In this document: positions 8,074 to 12,032 of the stretch, in pieces
How positions within the stretch are numbered: the first letter of the stretch is position 1
Layout of the letters: each line of letters starts with the position of its first letter
Translations under genes and position numbers: made by a program
Assembly (NCBI GenBank): GCA_051382305.1
Contig: JBBCAV010000285.1
Span: 1-12,032 of the forward strand
DNA: 12,032 bases
Direction: 5' to 3'
Source: Bdellovibrionota bacterium FG-2
Lineage (GTDB): Bacteria; Bdellovibrionota; UBA1018
Notes under the pieces: generated by a model
The model's database searches: none
What the model was told of the DNA's origin: nothing
What the model saw: the letters and a program-made list of their open reading frames with translations, nothing else

Positions 8074-10124
8074 TTGCTGCTCTATTTAGAAAAAAATCCA
8101 TTCAGACGCTCACCGCTGATGCGGCCTCCGGCTTTGGCGATGAAGGCCATGCCGGAAGTATCAAACTTGCGAAAGAGTTGGGGGCGCTGGACCTCACTGC
8201 TCTTGGGGTTGCAGCTATTATCGGAGCGGGGATTTTTTCGACCATCGGCAATGCGGCCGCGGCCGGCGGTCCTGCCGTGGTGTTTCTCTTTATTTTTACG
8301 GCGATTGCTTGCGGCTTTTCGGCGCTTTGTTACGCCGAGTTTGCGTCTAGAATTCCGGTCGCAGGCTCCGCCTATACTTACTCATATGCGACTTTTGGGG
8401 AGTTGATTGCGTGGATTATTGGGTGGGATTTGCTGATGGAATATGCCATCGGCAATATTGCGGTTGCGATTTCTTGGAGTGAATATTTTACGGGCCTCCT
8501 TGCAGGCTATGGAATTTTCATTCCTAAGTTTTTGACAATGGATTATCTGTCGGCCTCGCGTGCCGCTGCAAAAGTTGCAGAGGTTTTGGCACAGGGGAAA
8601 ACGATGGTTGAACTCCAAGCCCTCCCGGAGATGAGTGCGACGCTTGCAGGCTTTTCGGCCTGGATGAACGCGCCCGTTATTGGGGGAGTGCGGGTGATCT
8701 GTAACTTGCCGGCGCTCTTGATCACGGTGATCATCACCGCGCTTGTATATGTGGGGATTCGGGAGTCCAAGCGTGCGGCGAATTTCATGGTCGCCCTGAA
8801 AGTAATTGTTGTTTTGTTTGTGATTGCGGCCGGAGCTTTTTATGTTCATCCCGGCAATTGGAGTCCCTTTGCCCCGCACGGAGTTGGGGGCGTACTCAAG
8901 GGTGTTTCGGGGGTGTTTTTTGCCTACATCGGTTTTGATGCGATCTCAACTACCGCTGAGGAGTGTCGTAATCCGCAAAAAGATTTACCCACCGGCATGA
9001 TTGCGTCCCTCATTATTTGTACGGTTTTGTACGTTGCGGTGGCGCTCGTGCTCACGGGGATGGTGAATTACACCAAGCTCGGAGTGGGTGACCCGCTGGC
9101 TTTTGTGTTTGGTCCTGAAGGCGCGAATATCCCTTGGATCTCAGGCGTGATTGCGGCCAGTGCGGTTGTTGCGATGGCGACCGTGCTGTTGGTGTTTCAG
9201 TTGGGGCAGCCCCGGATTTGGATGGCGATGAGTCGTGATGGGCTTTTGCCTCCGATTTTTTCGGCGCTTCATCCCAAGTTTAGGACGCCATGGTTTTCGA
9301 CGATCCTGACCGGAGTGGCGGTTGCCGTGCCCTCGTTGTTCTTGAATCTAACAGAGGTGACCGATCTTACGAGTATTGGGACGTTGTTTGCTTTCGTGCT
9401 CGTATGTGGGGGCGTGCTTTTATTGGATCGGAAAGAGGTAAACCAAAAAGGACGCTTTAGAATTCCGTATTATAACGGCAAGACCTTGGTTCCTTTGATG
9501 CTCATCTTAAGTGCCGTGAGTGTGTTTGTATTTGCTCCGGAGGCGACGCAGGCTTTTTTGAGTTCGGATTCGCTCTTCTTACCGAAGTTGCCGCTTTTGG
9601 TGTTTATTGTTTGTGCTTTCGTCATTGCGGTTTTGTCGTGTATAATAAAGCTCTCGTTGATTCCAGTTCTTGGACTTTTGTCCTGTGGCTATCTCATGAC
9701 GGAGTTGGGGATCACGAATTGGATTCGGTTTGGCGCATGGTTATTGGTGGGGTTGCTTTGTTATTTTATTTACGGTCACCGGCACAGTAAATTGGCACCT
9801 AGGATTGTCGTGCTCATGATCGCCGGAGTTTCTTCGGGATTTTTTGGAGGACTTCTCGCGTGTGAGCATTGTCGGGAAAGTTTCGGCAGTGTTTTGAAAG
9901 CGGAAAAATCGATTATGAGGTTAGTTTCCATTGTACAGGTGAACGAAGAGTTCATGGCGGGGCTTGATCCGAATGATGATTCAGAGCGGATTAAAGCACG
10001 CTCTAATGTGAGCATTGCCGGAAAACGGATTGCCGCTTTGAACTCTCAGGTGAAAACTCTGCGCGGTGAGGTCGATTCTCCGGATTGTAAGAAGTGTTTC
10101 TTAGGGGAAAGAAAAGATGGGTGA
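8070..10124 (+). CDS. APC amino-acid permease (~14 TM) with a C-terminal extension of one extra hydrophobic segment and two CxxC motifs
   Basis: Same APC motifs up to YGHRHSKL (~9794). ATGA overlap with the upstream paralog. About 108 extra residues include CEHC and CKKC. Confidence 0.9.
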   Translation: MIAALFRKKSIQTLTADAASGFGDEGHAGSIKLAKELGALDLTALGVAAIIGAGIFSTIGNAAAAGGPAVVFLFIFTAIACGFSALCYAEFASRIPVAGSAYTYSYATFGELIAWIIGWDLLMEYAIGNIAVAISWSEYFTGLLAGYGIFIPKFLTMDYLSASRAAAKVAEVLAQGKTMVELQALPEMSATLAGFSAWMNAPVIGGVRVICNLPALLITVIITALVYVGIRESKRAANFMVALKVIVVLFVIAAGAFYVHPGNWSPFAPHGVGGVLKGVSGVFFAYIGFDAISTTAEECRNPQKDLPTGMIASLIICTVLYVAVALVLTGMVNYTKLGVGDPLAFVFGPEGANIPWISGVIAASAVVAMATVLLVFQLGQPRIWMAMSRDGLLPPIFSALHPKFRTPWFSTILTGVAVAVPSLFLNLTEVTDLTSIGTLFAFVLVCGGVLLLDRKEVNQKGRFRIPYYNGKTLVPLMLILSAVSVFVFAPEATQAFLSSDSLFLPKLPLLVFIVCAFVIAVLSCIIKLSLIPVLGLLSCGYLMTELGITNWIRFGAWLLVGLLCYFIYGHRHSKLAPRIVVLMIAGVSSGFFGGLLACEHCRESFGSVLKAEKSIMRLVSIVQVNEEFMAGLDPNDDSERIKARSNVSIAGKRIAALNSQVKTLRGEVDSPDCKKCFLGERKDG

Positions 10125-10584
10125 GGTAAATCCTTCAAATTCCCGTGGAAGCTCCCAGCGAAAACTGCGGAACCTGCTGATTAACCCTCGCTATCAAGTA
10201 AAGTACATTTTTTGGACGACGTTTACGGGCTTGTTTCTGATTTTTATCAACTCTATGGTTTTCTATGTCTTTATTCGTGAAAATTACAAGATACTTGTTG
10301 ATATGAGTCCCATGGAGGATGAGGCCAAAGCGTTGCTTTATCGTGAGCTTCACCAAATCGTCTTTTTGCTGGGGGGCTTTTCGACGGTCTTCTTGGTGGC
10401 AGTATCGCTTTTTGGCCTAGTGCTCTCGCATCGGACCGCGGGGCCCATGTATCATTTTAAACGTGTTTTTAGGGAGATTCGCGCGGGGAAGCATGATCTT
10501 CGCATTCGCCTGCGTCCCAAGGATGATTTTGCGGATGTGGCAAGAGATTGCAACGAAATGATTGACTATTTGATGAGGAAGTAG
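10117..10584 (+). CDS. Two-TM membrane protein with C-terminal HAMP domain and no output domain
   Basis: RKLRNLLINPRYQ, TM1, a short loop, TM2, then the HAMP pattern SHRTAGPMYHF...IRLRPKDDFADVARDCNEM and a stop. Overlaps the upstream gene by 8 nt. Confidence 0.8.
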   Translation: MGEVNPSNSRGSSQRKLRNLLINPRYQVKYIFWTTFTGLFLIFINSMVFYVFIRENYKILVDMSPMEDEAKALLYRELHQIVFLLGGFSTVFLVAVSLFGLVLSHRTAGPMYHFKRVFREIRAGKHDLRIRLRPKDDFADVARDCNEMIDYLMRK

Positions 10585-10602
10585 GGTTTCAGTAATATAG
10601 TG

Positions 10603-10634
10603 TTGTTTTGTAGGTAAATATACATTATACTGCA
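10603..10634 (+). promoter_or_regulatory. Putative hipBST promoter with an overlapping palindrome (candidate HipB operator)
   Basis: TTGTTT (10603-10608), 17-nt spacer, TATACT (10626-10631). The imperfect palindrome TACATTATACTGCA (10621-10634) covers the -10. Confidence 0.55.
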
Positions 10635-10637
10635 CTT

Positions 10638-10952
10638 GTGGATGCTAATGGTCTGAAAAAAACTAATATAGAAGATTCAAAAAGGCTCTACCGCGATATA
10701 TTAAACGCCTTGGGCAAGCTTGCTGCTTTAGCTGTTCAACAGCCGGCAGCCGAATATTTTTCTGCAGAACAGCTTCCCCAGGTGATCCGGGCGGCCAGAA
10801 CAAGACAGAATCTCAGTCAAAAAGAGCTCGCTGCTCTTGCAGACATAAGTGTGGGGACGATGGTTGCGCTTGAGCGTGGCCAAAAAGCAGCGGGTCTCGA
10901 CACCGTGGAGCGCGTATTAAAAGCGCTGGGGCTAAGTCTATGGATAAAATAG
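10638..10952 (+). CDS. hipB: HipB-like XRE helix-turn-helix regulator with N-terminal helical extension
   Basis: Cro/XRE HTH IRAARTRQNLSQKELAALADISVGTMVALERG...LKALGL. First gene of a three-gene Hip operon. Confidence 0.85.
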   Translation: MDANGLKKTNIEDSKRLYRDILNALGKLAALAVQQPAAEYFSAEQLPQVIRAARTRQNLSQKELAALADISVGTMVALERGQKAAGLDTVERVLKALGLSLWIK

Positions 10953-11281
10953 TTCGGGCAGAAGTTTTGTTTCAAGGGAAGCCCGTCGGAGAGCTTGCAA
11001 AAATGGGGCGTGAAGGTTTTCGTTTTCAATATTCGGCGGATTATTGGTTAAATCCTGAAGCCCGTCCCATTGCCAGAAGTTTTCCGCTTCGTGAAGCTGC
11101 TTTTCATTCCTCACAGCTCTTCTCCTTCTTTGAGGGGCTTGTCGCGGAGGGATTCCTGCGTGGGGTTCAATCGGAAACGCAAAAGATTGACGAGCGAGAC
11201 TCTTTTCAGCTCCTCCTTAAGAACGGAGAGGATCTCATAGGCGCAGTCGCTGTGATGGAGCTCGAGGTATCGAAGCCGTGA
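10940..11281 (+). CDS. hipS: HipS antitoxin (stand-alone HipA N-terminal domain)
   Basis: VGEL..FRFQY..PIARSFPL..FFEGLVAEG..IDERDSFQLL..DLIGAV. Overlaps hipB by 13 nt and hipT by GTGA. Confidence 0.88.
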   Translation: MDKIVRAEVLFQGKPVGELAKMGREGFRFQYSADYWLNPEARPIARSFPLREAAFHSSQLFSFFEGLVAEGFLRGVQSETQKIDERDSFQLLLKNGEDLIGAVAVMELEVSKP

Positions 11282-12032
11282 TATGCAAAATATGTCTGAA
11301 CTCCATCGAAGATCAGTCGCGGCACGCAGGCTATCACGGCGTATGTTTGAAGCGGTTGTTTGGGAGTCCGAACGTCGATCCAACGCTTGATTTCGATAAG
11401 AGCAAATTAGAGGTTGAAATCATCCCACGGTATTCTAAACGGATGTCAATTTCAGGTGTTCAACAAAAACTCTTTGTTCGAATAGAGGGCGGGCGGATGA
11501 CTCCCACGGATATCGGTGGGACCCACATCCTGAAACCCGCACCCAGCAAATACCCAGGAATCTGTGCGAATGAACATGTTTCAATGAAGATTGGCGCGCT
11601 GCTCGGGATCGATACTCCCCCTTGCGGCCTGATCGCTTTTTCAGATGGCGAATGGGCATACGTCATCAAGCGTTTCGACAGGGAAGGGGGAAAAAAGATT
11701 CATCAAGAAGACATGGCGCAGATCATGGGAAGAACTCGGGATGAGGAGGAAAACTACAAGTACAATGGAAGTTATGCAGAAGTCGCGAGTGTCATACAGG
11801 GTGCGACAGGTAAACCTGCCGTAGTTCTGAGATTTTACGAAAGACTCGTATTCAATTACCTTATTGCCAATGGTGATTTTCATCTCAAGAATATCAGTCT
11901 GCAAGATCCTGAGGCCGATGGCAAATATCGGCAACTTACGCCCCTCTATGACAGTGTTAATACTCGCATCCATCTACCAAACGAGTCACGGGATCTAGCC
12001 TTAGAGGAGCTCTTTGCAGATGGCTCAGACAC
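11278..12032 (+). CDS. hipT: HipT Ser/Thr kinase toxin (HipA C-terminal domain), 3' end outside window
   Basis: Manual translation from GTG 11278 is open to the edge: MICKICLN...MSISGVQQK...ILKP...NEH...KRFDR...HQED...NGDFHLKN...LTPLYD. Confidence 0.92.
   Translation, partial: MICKICLNSIEDQSRHAGYHGVCLKRLFGSPNVDPTLDFDKSKLEVEIIPRYSKRMSISGVQQKLFVRIEGGRMTPTDIGGTHILKPAPSKYPGICANEHVSMKIGALLGIDTPPCGLIAFSDGEWAYVIKRFDREGGKKIHQEDMAQIMGRTRDEEENYKYNGSYAEVASVIQGATGKPAVVLRFYERLVFNYLIANGDFHLKNISLQDPEADGKYRQLTPLYDSVNTRIHLPNESRDLALEELFADGSD

Noticed and set aside
6556..9794. Recent duplication or repeat element between the two permeases
   Set aside because: Nucleotide similarity is limited to conserved motifs with many synonymous differences, consistent with old paralogs.
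9861..10097. Heme c binding motifs in the permease tail
   Set aside because: The motifs are CEHCR and CKKCF, not CxxCH.
693..11973. Antisense and alternate-frame ORFs (e.g. 693-1079, 3495-3908, 8382-8879, 11641-11973)
   Set aside because: They lie within strongly supported genes and show no recognisable motifs; treated as shadow ORFs.
10585..12032. Prophage or mobile island boundary before hipBST
   Set aside because: No integrase, transposase, tRNA or att-like repeat in the window. The right flank is not visible.

Overview
Bacterial chromosomal window of roughly 50% GC (estimated by eye). The DUF6036-like NTase, tandem CheX and output-less 2TM-HAMP protein suggest a Bdellovibrionota/deltaproteobacterial host, which is inference only. 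Gene order: a partial ICMT/Ste14-like membrane methyltransferase (-, absent from the ORF track); a DUF4438 gene broken by an apparent internal deletion plus frameshift at ~766; typA/bipA; a two-domain CheX phosphatase; a small hypothetical gene (-) divergent from an orphan AbiEii/DUF6036-like nucleotidyltransferase; a methionine gamma-lyase/cystathionine gamma-synthase family enzyme (-) divergent from two coupled APC amino-acid permeases and a 2TM-HAMP gene; and a tripartite HipBST toxin-antitoxin operon whose hipT runs off the right edge (also absent from the ORF track). The most unusual items are an extra TM + CxxC...CxxC domain fused to the second permease, the tandem CheX, and three genes whose start codons fall at the predicted +1 of sigma70-type promoters (candidate leaderless mRNAs). 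No CRISPR array, tRNA, rRNA, integrase or transposase was found. I cannot establish a wholly new system; the best candidate is the permease-CxxC/HAMP module, which could instead be a deletion or assembly junction.
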